A DNA stretch of 60,583 nt. It comes from Octopus bimaculoides (taxonomy: Eukaryota). The stretch covers positions 39,940,549 through 40,001,131 of the forward strand of contig NC_068982.1 in the NCBI RefSeq assembly GCF_001194135.2, in the 5' to 3' direction. Shown here piece by piece: positions 25,843 to 40,021 of the stretch. The translations under genes and the position numbers were made by a program. The notes below the pieces were generated by a model. That model searched no databases, was not told where the DNA came from, and saw nothing but the letters and a program-made list of their open reading frames with translations. Position 1 is the stretch's first letter. The number at the start of each line of letters is the position of its first letter.

Positions 25843-26190
25843 TTGTGGCACTCCGTCAGTTACGACGACGAAGATTCCAGTTGATCCGATCAACGGAACA
25901 GCCTGTTCGTGAAATTAACGTGCAGGTGGCTGAGAACTCCACAGACACGTGTACCCTTAACGTAGTTCTCGAGGAGATTCAGTGTGACACAGAGTGTGAC
26001 AAGGCTGGCCTTTTGAAACACAGGTATAACAGAAACAGGAAGAAGAGTGAGAGAAAGTTTTGGTGAAAGATTTCAACAGGGTTCGCCACCCCCACCCCCT
26101 ACCGGAGGCTTGAGGAGCTTTAGGTGTTTTCACTCAATAAATAATGACAACGCCCGGTCTGAGAAGCGAAACCGCGATCCAACGACTGCG
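25843..26190 (-). mobile_element. tRNA-Arg-like SINE (family of 45323-45698); 5' end lost in N gap
   Basis: Reverse complement matches 45350-45698 by eye (gagaactacgttaagggtacacgtgtctgtggag..ctcagccac.tgcacgttaattt.acga.caggctg..cgttgatc..gacggagtgcca). Confidence 0.9.
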
Positions 26191-28043
26191 NNNNNNNNNN
26201 NNNNNNNNNNNNNNNNNNNNNNNNNNNNNNNNNNNNNNNNNNNNNNNNNNNNNNNNNNNNNNNNNNNNNNNNNNNNNNNNNNNNNNNNNNNNNNNNNNNN
26301 NNNNNNNNNNNNNNNNNNNNNNNNNNNNNNNNNNNNNNNNNNNNNNNNNNNNNNNNNNNNNNNNNNNNNNNNNNNNNNNNNNNNNNNNNNNNNNNNNNNN
26401 NNNNNNNNNNNNNNNNNNNNNNNNNNNNNNNNNNNNNNNNNNNNNNNNNNNNNNNNNNNNNNNNNNNNNNNNNNNNNNNNNNNNNNNNNNNNNNNNNNNN
26501 NNNNNNNNNNNNNTATATATATATATACAAGTATGCATATATATATACACATACATAGATAAATGTGTATATATATGTGTGTGTATGCATTTATTGTATG
26601 AATGCATGTAAGCATATATGCATGCTTGTATGTATGTATGTGTGTGCGTATGTTCCTCTCTGTGTGTGTATAAATGTGTGTGTCCTGAATATAACATTCA
26701 ACTGCATCCCGTAGTGGAGCTCAGGTTAGATTATTCGATTTGACTATATATATTACATACATGCATGCATACATACATGCATACATACCTACATACATAC
26801 ATGCATGCATACATACATACATATATACATACATACATACATACATGTATGGATACCATCTTTTGAACTATATGCACAAGGCCAGAATTTTATATATTAT
26901 TGGCTTGATTGGATCTTCATCACTGTAAGGACTTATCCATTCTATTACCCGTTTCCATTAAATGCGAAATTTGAGGCCACAATCAACTTGCAGTCACTGA
27001 AAATTCTTATTGCACTAAGTGTATAAAGTCCCTTCATATGTATGTTTTGTTGTTTTCTACAAATTTAACAACAATACCAAATAAACTTCAAATACACACA
27101 CGCACGACACACACACGCACGCACGCACACACATACACACACCCACACACGATATAGTTTTCACCTTTATAATATACTGGCCTTGAATGAGCCTCTTTGT
27201 TGAGGAACTTTCCAATAGGAGCTTATAGTATGGTGTCAATCACAGATTTTTTTATGAGTGTACCATGAACAGATACAGTTGTTTGCATTCGATAGCCTAG
27301 ATATAAATGCTTTCACAAAATCTTAGAATTCCAATAAATTGAAATACATAATGTTAGCAGTTATGGCTCATCTTGTTTAGGAAGCGTGAATGCTATCTAA
27401 ATTCGATTTTATTCCTAATCCGTGATAACTATAAATAACGTATCATTGTTTTGCGTGTTTTTGCCATTTCTATCAGTTATAGGTGCTTTGTCATTTATAC
27501 AATTTACAGCATTTATGTTCTAAAGAATTTGAAGCACGCGCCATGTGATGTGGTCTATTATTGATGATTACTTTCTGACATTATTATCTATACTTAATGT
27601 ATATCACGACTAAATTTGAAATGTCGAGAATTTGTATGGAACGCCAAACTCTCAATGCCTTACAAAAGATTGATTCCATTTTCGGAGCGAACAAATTCTG
27701 TGATTCGACCGTTTGCACTTATTTGATGTTCAGTCAAATATCTTGTAGAAAGATGCTTAAAAGAATGAATATTGAAGAATCCAAATAAAAGTATAAATTA
27801 ATGCAGAGATTTGGGTATTCCAGTATCTTATAGAATAAATAATATTCAGTGACACGTTATAATTAATTACCAATTCTATTGAAGGCTACTATGAATATCC
27901 TTATCCAAGCATTAGGATAAAGCTACGCATGCACACAAACGCACACATATACACCACATATCATAAACACTCACGCACACACACAAACATGTGTTTATTA
28001 TTTATCTATGCATTATTTATAGAAACACATTCATATATATATA

Positions 28044-28080
<37 letters not shown>

Positions 28081-28608
28081 TTGGTATACACACACACACA
28101 CACATGCACACACACACACACACACANNNNNNNNNNNNNNNNNNNNNNNNNNNNNNNNNNNNNNNNNNNNNNNNNNNNNNNNNNNNNNNNNNNNNNNNNN
28201 NNNNNNNNNNNNNNNNNNNNNNNNNNNNNNNNNNNNNNNNNNNNNNNNNNNNNNNNNNNNNNNNNNNNNNNNNNNNNNNNNNNNNNNNATATATATGCAG
28301 ATCTATATGTATATGCATGTAACAAGACCTCAGCCCTTGAAAAAAAGTAGAACCCTTACCAGATTAAGAATCCCTACGAAGGACAATCATGCAATATTAA
28401 TGGATGAAATAATGTATATAAAAAACACTATGTGTGTATATCTATATTACATTAGAAATGAACTTCAATCTTGCTTGCAATGTTACACAGCCAAACTGGC
28501 GCATAACGGGGAATATATTATGAATTAATACCCTCCTGAAATGTGAATATAAACGGAATAAAACAAGTAACGCGTAAATCGGGTGACTGGTTCTTGAAAT
28601 AAAAATGA

Positions 28609-28814
28609 AACAAAACTTTCCCGGGGAAATCCAAGATCCCCACCACAATTCCCCGTTCTTTTCCGGAAGAAAGTAGCTTGAAGGTGAGATACGTTGAATG
28701 CACTGTGAAAAAAATTATTTCACACCGAAGTACGAACGGGTCCTTTAAGAAATATTTACCGAAGATCGGGACAGGCATGCGAATAGAAGGATCAATGAGA
28801 CTGGGTGGAGCAGG
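28609..28814 (+). CDS. Candidate upstream (possibly first coding) exon of the gene containing 48460-48618
   Basis: CpG-richer segment. Frame is open 28609-28814 with ATGs at 28777 and 28795 (MRIEGSMRLGGAG). Strong CAGG|gtaaga donor in phase 2, matching the acceptor phase of exon 48460. No homology recognised and the 5' boundary is undefined. Confidence 0.3.
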
Positions 28815-29860
28815 GTAAGAGACAAAAGCAGGAGACATCATGATTCGGATGCTCATGTGAATACAAACAGAATAAAACACATTTCGCACAAATCGAACCA
28901 CGGGTTACCGAGATACGCGGTTTTTTTGGGTACCTCAAACTATTGGTGACTCAACGGGTCACAGGTAGTCTAGTATGTGTGTGTGTGTGTGCGTGTGTGT
29001 GTGTGTGTATGTGGGTGTATGTGTGTGTGTGCGTGTGTGTGTGTGTGTGTTTGTGTGTATGCTCATACACTTAAACACTGTTGTATACAGGCATAGACGT
29101 ATATTTGCGCATATATTTATCTATCCAATCTTGTTCAAATGTGCTGAAGACATATTCGAACCTGTAAGAAAACCATACACTGAATTCTGCCATGGACCAA
29201 ATTTCTCCATGACAAAGTATGCTTTGTTGATTCGTGTGTGTGAAAGAATGTGTTGTGTGTACGAATCTGTAAAGCTAGAGTTTCAATAATTATAATAAAG
29301 AACTTAATGCATGTGAAAGGTGGTGTGGAGATACAATTAATTTTATTTATTCTTTCAAATTACTAATTGCTTCATTTTATTACTTTATGACTTTTATTAC
29401 TTTATGACTCTAATGAGATATTCTCAATCTCAGGCGTAGGAAAATATCATAAACTTAGATGAATATAATAATCTCAAATATTATCAGAAGCATTAGCCTT
29501 CCAACGACAAAATACATTTGGAAATCGAAAAATGTGCGCAGACTTTGTTAATCATACAAATACTAACGTTAAACACAAGTTGTAAATTGTTGCAGCAAGT
29601 AAAGTTGGAAAATAAAGATTTGAATATTAAAGTCAATACAAAGTAGAAAATATTTGTATGTGTGTATGTATATGTATATGTATGTTTTTGTCTCTATTTT
29701 TTTTTTTTTTTATTAAATATATCTGTTATTAGCAATCAATTCGTTATTAGCAATTATCAGATCTAATGGACAAGCGTAGGTGAACTTAACTTGGAAAATC
29801 GATTTAGATCAAGTTCTTAATGTTTAAAAGGTAAAATCATTGGAAATATAAATATAAGCA

Positions 29861-30227
29861 CAGACGTAGCTGTGCGGTTAAAAAACATGCTTGTCAACCA
29901 TGTGATCTTGCGTTCAGTCCATATCAATTGTCTCTGAAAATAGTCCGGAGTCGACCAAGAACTTGTGAGTGGATTTGTTAGAGGGAAACTGAAATAATTT
30001 CGTCATGTGTGTGGGTGTGTGTGTNNNNNNNNNNGTTTGTCTCCCACCACCGCTGTTGTGTTTATGTCTTCGTTTGAAACGTTTCCGCAAAAGAAACAAA
30101 CAGAATAAGTACAAGGCTTTAAAAATAAGTCCCGGAGTCGATTCATTCGACTAAAAAGTTTTCAAGGTGGTGCCCAGCATGACCGCAGTCCAATAACTGA
30201 AACAAGTAAAAGGTAAAAGATAAAAGA
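29861..30227 (+). mobile_element. tRNA/CORE-like SINE with internal (TG)n and (TAAAAG)n-like tail
   Basis: gacgtagctgtgcggtt head; agaataagtac.aggcttt..ggagtcgatt..ttcgactaaa..ggtgcccagcatgaccgcagtc..actgaaacaagtaaaag tail, as in 58296-58758. A second 3' fragment follows at about 30268-30355. Confidence 0.85.
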
Positions 30228-30578
30228 TCTCTTTAACCTAGTGCCTAGGCAAAATATACAGCTAGATTAAGTACTGGGGTCGGTTTTTCGACTGAACCTT
30301 TCAAACAATGCCGCATCATGGCGGCAGTGAAATGAGTGACACGATTAAAAAGGAAAAAGATTGAAAAAGGAAGAATTTATAACTATATACAGAGAAGTAG
30401 ATGGTTAAAAATAATGGTTTCAAACTTTAACACAAAGCCATTAATTTCTTAATGCAATGAGTCAGCCGATTACATCTTATTGCCCCTGAAAAGATTAAAG
30501 GCATTGTAGTCTTGTCGTTACGTAATCGAGGACTGATATTGATTGCTCCAGTTTTCTTCCTTGTGTTACAGAATGAGC

Positions 30579-31606
30579 ATAGCCGCTTCGTTGGCCATGT
30601 ACAAAGACTAGAGATCAGTGATCCGATTTCTGTGGTCAGAAGATGTGTCAGGGGTGGAAATTCATCGCGATTTTGAATACAATACCGTGACAGCGTTCTA
30701 CTGTGTAGAATTGTGTAGAAGTGGATCGAAAAGTTTGAGAATTGCCGGAGAAGAGTGGGATACGAAGAAGGAGCAAGATGGCCTTTCCCCTCCAGCACTG
30801 ACGTGAAGATCCAACAGGCTCGACAGAAGGTTCTGGCGAACCGACGTGTGATCATCGATAAAGTTGCATGTTCTCTGCGAATTAATTGCTTTTGTGCATC
30901 CACGACAAGCTTCCATTATGTAAAGTGTACGATATGTGATGGGTGCTAATAAAGTTTACGGAAGCACATAAACGCAGTCGTGTCGAGATCTGTCAACGCT
31001 TATTCTACCGCCCCAACGATGAGTGTGAAGCTTTTTGGAGACAATAATCGTAGATGATACTTGGCTCTATCATTTTCATCTAGGATCCAAATGTAGAATG
31101 CGGAATGGAATCATCAGCCAGAAATAAGTACAAGACTTAGCCTTTCGCAGAAAAATGTGATGTTTACTAAAATTTGGAACGCGAACAGTCCTGTAGTGGT
31201 TCAATGCCAGGAAAAGGGTGTCTACAGTCACCAGTATAGGCTATAGAAAAATGCTGGTCAACAAACATGAACCAGTAATTCGCACAAAACGCTAGAGTCT
31301 ATTATCAAACAGGTGTGCTTACTGCACGACAACGCACGCACATATACGGCTACTCACACCGTTGGAACCATTGAAAAATTATATTCCGAGTTGCGAGAAG
31401 ACTCCGCATAAAGTCCAAATACCTCTCCTTCCGATACCCTGTCAAGTATCCTTTACAACTTCGTTGATTTACTACAGATGAAGAAGTGCAGGAAGCAGTA
31501 CATAAATGGATGAAACCCACCAACAACCTTCTTCCACAGAATAAGCAAGCTTGTGGACTGCTGTAATAAGTGCATCAAAAAGTAAAGAGATTATGTTGAA
31601 CAATGA
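30579..31606 (+). mobile_element. Decayed mariner (Tc1/mariner) transposase pseudogene
   Basis: Frames: RSVIRFLWSEDVSGVEIHR, WIEKFENCRRRVGYEEGARWPFPSSTDVKIQQARQKVLANRRVIIDKVACSL (paired HTH region), degenerate WVP (gatgggtgc), IVDDTW (cf. IVTGDETW), a YSPDLAP-like remnant near 31405-31435, and terminal DYVEQ*. Many stops and frameshifts. Confidence 0.88.
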
Positions 31607-31689
31607 TATAATTGTTCAACTCCTGCATTTGTTTTAATAATTTACAAAGACAAGAGGGCGTATAATTTTGATTTACCCTAGTATAAACT

Positions 31690-31867
31690 ATAGGGTCCTG
31701 AATAATTCCTCGCGAAAGGCCTGGTTGGAGGTCTAGCCTTCCAAGACCTTTTACAGGGCTTAGCAAAAACTGAAGGACCGCTGGAATGTGTTGGATAAAA
31801 TCATAATTAACTGATCCTCCTGTATTCCTTTTACTCAATTTTAGGAACTTTCCAGCACCTCCTCGTA
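31690..31867. mobile_element. Mariner-derived MITE (TIR ..ggaactttccagcacctcctcgta)
   Basis: Same TIR and subterminal gataaaatcataattaactgatcctcctgtatt sequence as the MITEs at 36083-36306 and 36964-37190. Ends in TA. Confidence 0.75.
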
Positions 31868-32216
31868 TGTATCTGCGTGCGTGTGTGTATACATATATAA
31901 GTATGTATATATATATATATNNNNNNNNNNNNNNNNNNNNNNNNNNNNNNNNNNNNNNNNNNNNNNNNNNNNNNNNNNNNNNNNNNNNNNNNNNNNNNNN
32001 NNNNNNNNNNNNNNNNNNNNNNNNNNNNNNNNNNNNNNNNNNNNNNNNNNNNNNNNNNNNNNNNNNNNNNNNNNNNNNNNNNNNNNNNNNNNNNNNNNNN
32101 NNNNNNNNNNNNNNNNNNNNNNNNNNNNNNNNNNNNNNNNTATATATATGTATATATATATATATATACAAATACATACATACATACATGCATGCATACA
32201 TACATGCATACATACA

Positions 32217-32247
<31 letters not shown>

Positions 32248-33036
32248 GCCTGTAAGTGTGTGTCGTTGTGTTTGTACTGGTGAGAAGTTTGCACTCACGA
32301 TCGTAAGATTGTGGTTTCGATTCTCACATCAGGCGACGCGTCTGTTCTGGACCAAAACACTTGATTTAACGCTTCTCTCTGATCACTTGGACGGCTGAAT
32401 TTTGGTACAACGCGCGTCTGTATGCGTGATGTTGATTTGATAGAGCTTGCTTAGGTAATACACAGCAGAAACATTTTGATCATTATAAAACAAATCGCCG
32501 CAGCTTGAATTTACTGAACTTTTATCTATCATTTACGACAGATCAGGTTTACGCCAAGAAAGTCCACAATGTATGAATAAATCCTTAGCCGTCACTCACA
32601 AGCTCGTATCTAGTAGCCAACACCACACTTTCGCAAGTTGTTTTGGGTGCCTATAAAGTTCGAGTAGACATAGACAACATTCATCCAACAAAACATTGAT
32701 TGCATGCATGTGTGCCAGAGGATAGGGTGTTGGCTTAACGATCAATAAGTTTGTGAGATCTATTCCTGGATAGGGTAGTATATTTTGACCTTGAGCGACA
32801 CACTCCACATAACGATAGTCTGTGTGCTCAGACGAAAATGAGTTCTAAGTGACAGACGGTGCTGCCATTTCTATTTTTCTCTTCGACTATATTTCAGTGT
32901 ATGTGTGTGTGTGTGTGTGTGTATAGACGTGTAGGCGGGAACACAGAGAGAAAGAGCGGCACACACATATACACACACATACAGACACATAGACACACAT
33001 ATATATGCATACACATACATACATATATATACATAG

Positions 33037-33074
<38 letters not shown>

Positions 33075-33559
33075 GCATACATATAGATAAAAATATAGAT
33101 AGGAGGAAAGAGAAAGATTATGAATAAATACCTAGATTTCATCTAAATTTGTCCTACATGAATATATTTAGATTAATATTTAAATTTGTTCTTGTTTTCT
33201 CAACAATGCTTTTTTACGTGCTGTGATTTCCTCTACATTGTTAGTGTTAACGAAACTAACGCTTTTAATCATTACAATTCTATTGAGATTTTCTGTATTT
33301 GATTTTATATAAGCTGGTTAAATCAATTTCTTTCATTTTTATATATTTTAATTTATCCTTCATACCTGGAGCTATAAGGCTTCTAGCGTTCAGATTGACA
33401 TAGATGTATTGCTGTGGCTTCCGAATGTCAGCATTGTACTTGAAATGAAGAAAAATATATTCTATGTTCTCTAATATTACTAATATTAACTATTTCGATG
33501 TCACGGCGATATCTGAAATGATAGATTTTTCGAGCTCTGCTGCTGTCGCTTCTGCTGCG

Positions 33560-33568
<9 letters not shown>

Positions 33569-33627
<59 letters not shown>

Positions 33628-33656
33628 TGTAGTAGTAGTAGTAGTAGTAGTAGTAA
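33569..33656. repeat. (GTA)n microsatellite flanked by (GCT)/(GCA) triplets
   Basis: Direct reading; explains the poly-V and poly-Y ORFs. Confidence 0.95.
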
Positions 33657-34601
33657 CCTCCGCGGCAGTAGTAGCAGCAGCAGCAGTCAGAAGAGAAGTA
33701 GCTTTTTTGTAGCCGTGACAAGAGAAAGACTATTGCTAACCCTGTATCGCATTGACTAACAATGCGTGGAAAAGTCCCTCTCTCTTCCTTTCTCTCTCTC
33801 ACTTTTTATGCGTGTGCACGCGCACATGTGTGTGCATGCGTGTGTTAAATATTTGTATCACTTAAAAAACAGAAAAGATAGATGTGTATATACATGTATG
33901 TATATATATATATATATATATATATNNNNNNNNNNNNNNNNNNNNNNNNNNNNNNNNNNNNNNNNNNNNNNNNNNNNNNNNNNNNNNNNNNNNNNNNNNN
34001 NNNNNNNNNNNNNNNNNNNNNNNNNNNNNNNNNNNNNNNNNNNNNNNNNNNNNNNNNNNNNNNNNNNNNNNNNNNNNNNNNNNNNNNNNNNNNNNNNNNN
34101 NNNNNNNNNNNNNNNNNNNNNNNNNNNNNNNNNNNNNNNNNNNNNNNNNNNNNNNNNNNNNNNNNNNNNNNNNNNNNNNNNNNNNNNNNNNNNNNNNNNA
34201 ACAAACAAAAAGGCTGTACAGCCAGACGTGAAGTGTGTATGTATTGAACGCTGTGAAGCACGAACAGGAGGGGCAAAGAAGTACGTGCGAGCTTGGTGAT
34301 TCCAAGAACGAAAAGAAATAGCAGCCGGACACACGTGACCAAGGCTGTGTGAAGAGAAAGAGTAGCAGAGGGAAAAGGAGGGCAGGAAGTAGAATAAAAG
34401 TGAGCAACGAGAGGTAGAGAGAGAGATAGTAGTAGTAACGGTGAGAGGCGAAGGACGAGTAACAAGAGATAGAGAGAGAGAGAGAAGTGGTGACAGGTAG
34501 AGGCGAAGAACAAGAGGGAAGAATGAGAGGGGAGGTAGAAATAGAGAGAGTCGCGTTAGAAAAATAGTTAAAACTTACTGTACGTGTGTGTGTGTGTGTG
34601 T

Positions 34602-34648
<47 letters not shown>

Positions 34649-35010
34649 AGCTTTCATTTGATGCGACTATATGATTGGTAATCAGTAAAACACGTATAAA
34701 TGTCTTTCCATTTGCAGTATCAATAAAGCCTTCGTTGTTAATAAATTCTAATGTTTTGTATCAGCAAAAGCTATTAGAGTGGTTAGACTATAATATTCAC
34801 CGTAGTGTATTGTCAGTTAAACTCAGCGTAATTGAATCCTCATTGAGCAGTAAATAGTCTTAGTAAAATTTGCCCTGCCGGTATTTTATAATATATTATG
34901 ATAGTCTAAAGTGGACTTTAACGCGGAGTTAATGGAGTATAATGAATGATAAGTATGTTCTGTCGCTTAATAGAGAGTTTGTTCAGTAGTTTACTTACTA
35001 CATGTGTGCG

Positions 35011-35117
<107 letters not shown>

Positions 35118-36082
35118 TCTCTCACTTATACGACTGGCAATTTTGGGATACATTTACATAACTGCCGACATTTAAAATTTTAAACCCAAATTTTCCAAAA
35201 TATGTTTATTGGCCATGTGTATTTTCGACAATATTATTCATCGATTAATGTTATTGTAGACATATACTGATGAGTGAATGTATATTTGTCACTTTATCTA
35301 CTGAACTTTCGCACCCTCTCTCACACTTTCTCATTCTTTTTCTCTCTTATCCCTCTTCTCTCTCTCTCTCTCTCCCTCTCTTTCTCTCTCTGTCTGCTCG
35401 AAAACCAGCGTTAAAATAGTTGATTTGAATTTCAGCTTCGCTTGCTTCAAACTCTCTAGAGAACAAGCATAACAGGATTGGGCTACGTAACATGCTAAAA
35501 CGTTCACACTACGCTTCACATAATTAAACAGCTCTATACTTGACAACTCCGTGTGGGTTCTGAAAACAATGAAGGTTTGTCATATGCAATATTTCACACA
35601 AGAAGCTCCTTCAGATATTTACGATAGGAATGCTCGAACTATGTTAAGCAGTGTCTGGAGAATAATTACAATTAGGAATTAATAGCTTACATTTAATAAG
35701 TGATTATGTGGTGAGGAATTGTTGCCTAGTAAATATGAATGTCTTCCTATCAAATGAATAGCATGAAAGCTAATGTTAGTTCTATTTACTGCATACATGT
35801 CCCCTCTCACTATTGTTTGTAACGCTTGCATATACGAAAGGTAGAAGCCAAATCCTTTGATGAAGGGTGGACAGAAAATCATAGTGAAATAGAAAAGAAA
35901 CTATTAGAGAAATACTCCAGACAGTTTATGAATACCATCGAGAAATGGTATGCCTCGATCGCTGTCCCAGACGTTGCAAAATACATGGGTATGAGCCATG
36001 AGGCAGTGTATCGGGTAGTAGGTGAGATTTCCCTTCCTTTAAATAGCACACATATTCTTGGTATTATCTCTTTGTGGGACTT

Positions 36083-36306
36083 TAAAGGGGTGCTAAAAAT
36101 TTCCTGGCGTTAAGGGTATCGTGAAAGTCCTGGTTAGAAGCGAAACAGTCGCAGTTCTTTTACCGGGTTAGAAAACCTGAAGAACCGCTGTAATATGTGT
36201 GTGAATCTGAGAGTGGAATATGTTGAATAAAATCCTAATTTCCTGATCCTCCTTTATTTTCTTTATTTTTTATCCAAAACCAGGAAATCATCAGCACACC
36301 TTCGTA
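36083..36306. mobile_element. Mariner-derived MITE, left-arm copy
   Basis: TIRs taaaggggtgctaaaaatttcctgg / ccaggaaatcatcagcacaccttcgta. Confidence 0.8.
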
Positions 36307-36963
36307 CATTCTCTTAATAAGGTCAAAATAATACTTAACTGGGATACATTTATTCTGACGTTTAGAGACTCTGTTGCTGTTTCTAAGGAAGTAACAGAGA
36401 ATTGGTGGTGTAGACAGACAGACGCAAAGAAAGTTTATAAACTAATAAAATCAAGTTTTAACCATGGTTCCCTGTTAGTGTAATCACAACCAATAACCAT
36501 AAAACGTGCCAGTGCATAAGTTGCAGAGATACTTCAGCATTACGACTAAGATGAACACTAGTCAACAGCGAACTTCAAAGTGGTCACTGAACCTACAGGA
36601 AACATCAATCAAATCTCCCGTCATAAATTTTAAAAACCTGAAGCTTTAAAAAAATAAATCACATTGAATAGTGCACTCTCAGATAGACATTACCGTCTGA
36701 ATAAAAGACGAATCATCTATGATCATATCTCCGCATGATCAGAAATGACATGGGCTTAATCAGTAACAACTAAATTACGTTGACATTAAAAAAAAAGACG
36801 TGTTAGAAGGCTGCTTAGAACGTATTAAAAAGCTATCACAAAACAAAGTTTAAGACCAGTGTTTTGCAGTAGCAGATGGAAGAAATGAAACAGCAACAGA
36901 GTCTCTAAACGTCAGAATAAATGTATCCCAGTTAAGTATTATTTTGACCTTATTAAGAGAATG

Positions 36964-37190
36964 TACGAGGGGGTGCTGAAGATTTCCTGGTTTTGGATAG
37001 AAAATAAAGAAAATACAGGAGGATCAGAAAATCAGGATTTTACTCAACATATTCCACTCTCAGATTCACATACTTATTACAGCGGTTCTTCAGATTTTCT
37101 AAGCCCGGTAAAAGAACTGCGACTGTTTGGCTTCCAACTAGGACTTTCACGATACCCTTAACGCCAGGAAATTTTTAGCAGCCCCTTTAG
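36964..37190. mobile_element. Mariner-derived MITE, right-arm copy
   Basis: TIRs tacgagggggtgctgaagatttcctgg / ccaggaaatttttagcagcccctttag. Confidence 0.8.
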
Positions 37191-37749
37191 AGTCCCACAA
37201 AGAGATAGTACCAAGAATATGTGTGCTATTTAAAGGAAGGGAAATCTCATCTACTACCCGATACCATACTGACACGAACATAGTTTTACGCAAACGCTAC
37301 AGGTACCCTCTTTAGGTATCCATTCGAAACAGCATACGTCACCCTGGAAATAAGAACGAGACTATTCGACTTCATATGTATCTGATACTAACTTTCATAA
37401 CATTAATTCCACTTCTCTGGTACCAAGAGACAAGGGATAATAAATATAAACTTAATGCGCATTGAAAATTCTCACTTAACAATGAAATTAACAGCGTTTT
37501 TGACTGCATTAAGTTCTGAAAGATACAATGTACACAAATGCACTGGTAAGCGAAAACCTTATGCGTTGATGTTGTGTATTTTATAATTTTATGTACAACT
37601 TATGAAGTATCTTTCGAATATTTCCCTCGTGTAAACCGTGAAACAATCATTCATGAAATGGAGAATCGTGCTTATATATATATATTTGTTTGTGTATATA
37701 TGTGTATATGTGTGTATGTATGTATGCATGTATGTATGCATGTATGTAT

Positions 37750-37803
<54 letters not shown>

Positions 37804-39231
37804 ATATGTATGTGTTTGTGTGTGTAAGTATGTATATATGTATGTATATGTATATGCACATATATACATGTACATATGTATCTATTTATCAATCTATTTA
37901 GCTATAAATCTATCTATCTATCTATCTAGCATGGCCCCCTTCAGTTGGATTTTCAGTCCCTTCATTTCGAGAATTTGTGTTATTCACTCTTGGAAAAATG
38001 CATTATCTCTGCCTGTTTGTGTTTGTAGACAGTTGAAAACGATACTTCTAACACAAAAAAAGAAAAAACTAAGGTGTATTGTGATACAATACACCTCAAT
38101 GGAAATGGAAAGCAAAAATAAACACAGCAAAGTACTCCCTCCTACGCATCGACATGTGTATATCTATGAATATATTAATCTGGTGCATTAATGCCGAAAC
38201 GGTGTGATGCAATTGTCGTTGGATGTAGAGGTTTAACAGGCCGCTCACATTGCAGTCTTACTGGGTGCTGGATATCATAAGTACCAGTAGGGGCGAAGTT
38301 ATCAACTGGCTTTGGAGGCAGAAGTTACTTCAATATGATTGTATTGTGTGTCAAGAATTGTCAGTGTTGAAATGGGTGGTGTTACTTGTGATTGTAGCAA
38401 ATATACAACAAATATACAATACCTAATAGAAATGGAAAAGAATTGGATAGGGTGTGCAGGCTGTTATTTGTGAGTTAAGTATCACTGCTATCGTTACTGC
38501 ATACTACCGGGTACACCACAGGCAGAGCATACCATGCAAGTATAGTAAGAGCGCTTAAAAGATATTGGTAAGGGAAGATGAGGTTAGGAGGTCTCAGAAA
38601 CAAATAGCTAGATCGATTAGCTAAAGGATCAGCGAAAGAGGGAGTGCATTTGATTGGACCTACGTTGTGGGCTATTATAGAGGGTTTTTTTTAATGCCAT
38701 TACAGTATACAAACGTGTGGGTATCCATGTATACATGAAAGACGAAGGTCTAGTTTATTATTTAGTTGATTTTCACTATTTGAACCCCTTAAAATTTCAA
38801 ACAACTTCATGCAGCAAAGTCTGCATCCGTATCTCTGTTTCATTACGGTTTAGCGACCCTAATGATGTTCTGACTCAAATCGAATTTAACAGTGTCGTCC
38901 TTGAACTCCCAAATCATCGTGGCTAGAGACGTTCTGTCAACCTTATGTCTTAATTTAAACGATAAATAGTGGTTCGGATATTTACGGTCTTTTGACAGGG
39001 AGTAATTTTCTCATTCTTCTATTAAAAAGTTACATAAGAAATAGTTGTAATGAGCTGACAGTTATGCATCGTATGTTATTATTCATCTAATCATGTGTGT
39101 GTATATATATGTATGTATATGCATATATATACACACACACACTCACACACGCACACACACACATATATATATATATATGTATATATATACATGTGTGTGT
39201 GTGTATATATATATATACATATATGCATATA

Positions 39232-39286
<55 letters not shown>

Positions 39287-39654
39287 GTATATTCATGTCC
39301 ACATACGCACACAACTGCTTTTTTGCGAAAGTAGTTTTAGGTACATCGTCATTTGTTACAAATTTTGTTACTGTATATAGCTTTTTAATTAGAAATTATA
39401 TAAAAATAAAGTAGTTGAATTATCGTGCTAAATTAATTCGTACGTCGTGTTAATTAATAAGTGCTGCAAGATATATGCTATTCTATCTATTTTGTTTGAA
39501 GAATTAAGAACGCTTTATCTGTTCTCTAAATACGAAGCACTGTATATAAAGATCACTTGCAGTCGCTTCTTATTTACAGGATATTGACTTGTCAGAAATA
39601 TAAAATGAAAAGAATCATATACAAATTTGTAAATATATATGTATATATAATTAT

Positions 39655-39952
39655 CCTTTCTATTCGCCCGTTCAAAGCCTAGCCAGATTTATGGGCCCGG
39701 TTTCCCGGTTTCTATGGCGTATGTGCCCCCCCCCCCCAGCTGGATGGGACGCCAGTTCATCGCAGCGTTACTCAAAAAACAGGAAGAAACAGTGAGGGAA
39801 AGTTGGGGCGAAAGAGTACAACAGGGGTCGCCACCACCCCCTGCCGGACCCTAGTGGAGCTTAGGTGTTTCGCTCAATAAACACACACAACGCCCGGTCT
39901 TGGACTCGAAACTGCGAGTCCGCTGCCCTAACCACTGGGCCATTGCACCTCC
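39655..39952 (-). mobile_element. tRNA-Arg-like SINE sharing the 5' half of 45323-45698 but with a different 3' tail
   Basis: Head ggaggtgcaatggcccagtggttagggcagcggactcgcagtttcgagtcc..gaccgggcgttgtg is shared. The tail gcgatgaactggcgtcccatccag..tacgccatagaaaccggg..ggctaggctttgaa replaces the ..gacggagtgcca tail. Confidence 0.88.
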
Positions 39953-40021
39953 ATATATATATATATATATATATATATACACTTTAAATAGAGCTCAAAA
40001 CTGATCCATTGAAAATACTTT

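Larger units (their letters stand above)
36008..37264. repeat. Long inverted duplication: arms 36008-36383 and 36887-37264, ~500-bp spacer
   Basis: Arms are reverse complements with about 19 differences in ~377 bp by manual count. Each arm contains one ~225-bp mariner MITE plus ~75 bp of flank on each side. Confidence 0.93.

Noticed and set aside
35826-36113. 95-aa ORF with an HTH-like VAKYMGMSHEAVYRVV segment
   Set aside because: The 3' third is the inverted-repeat arm and MITE; the rest has no supporting transposase motifs.
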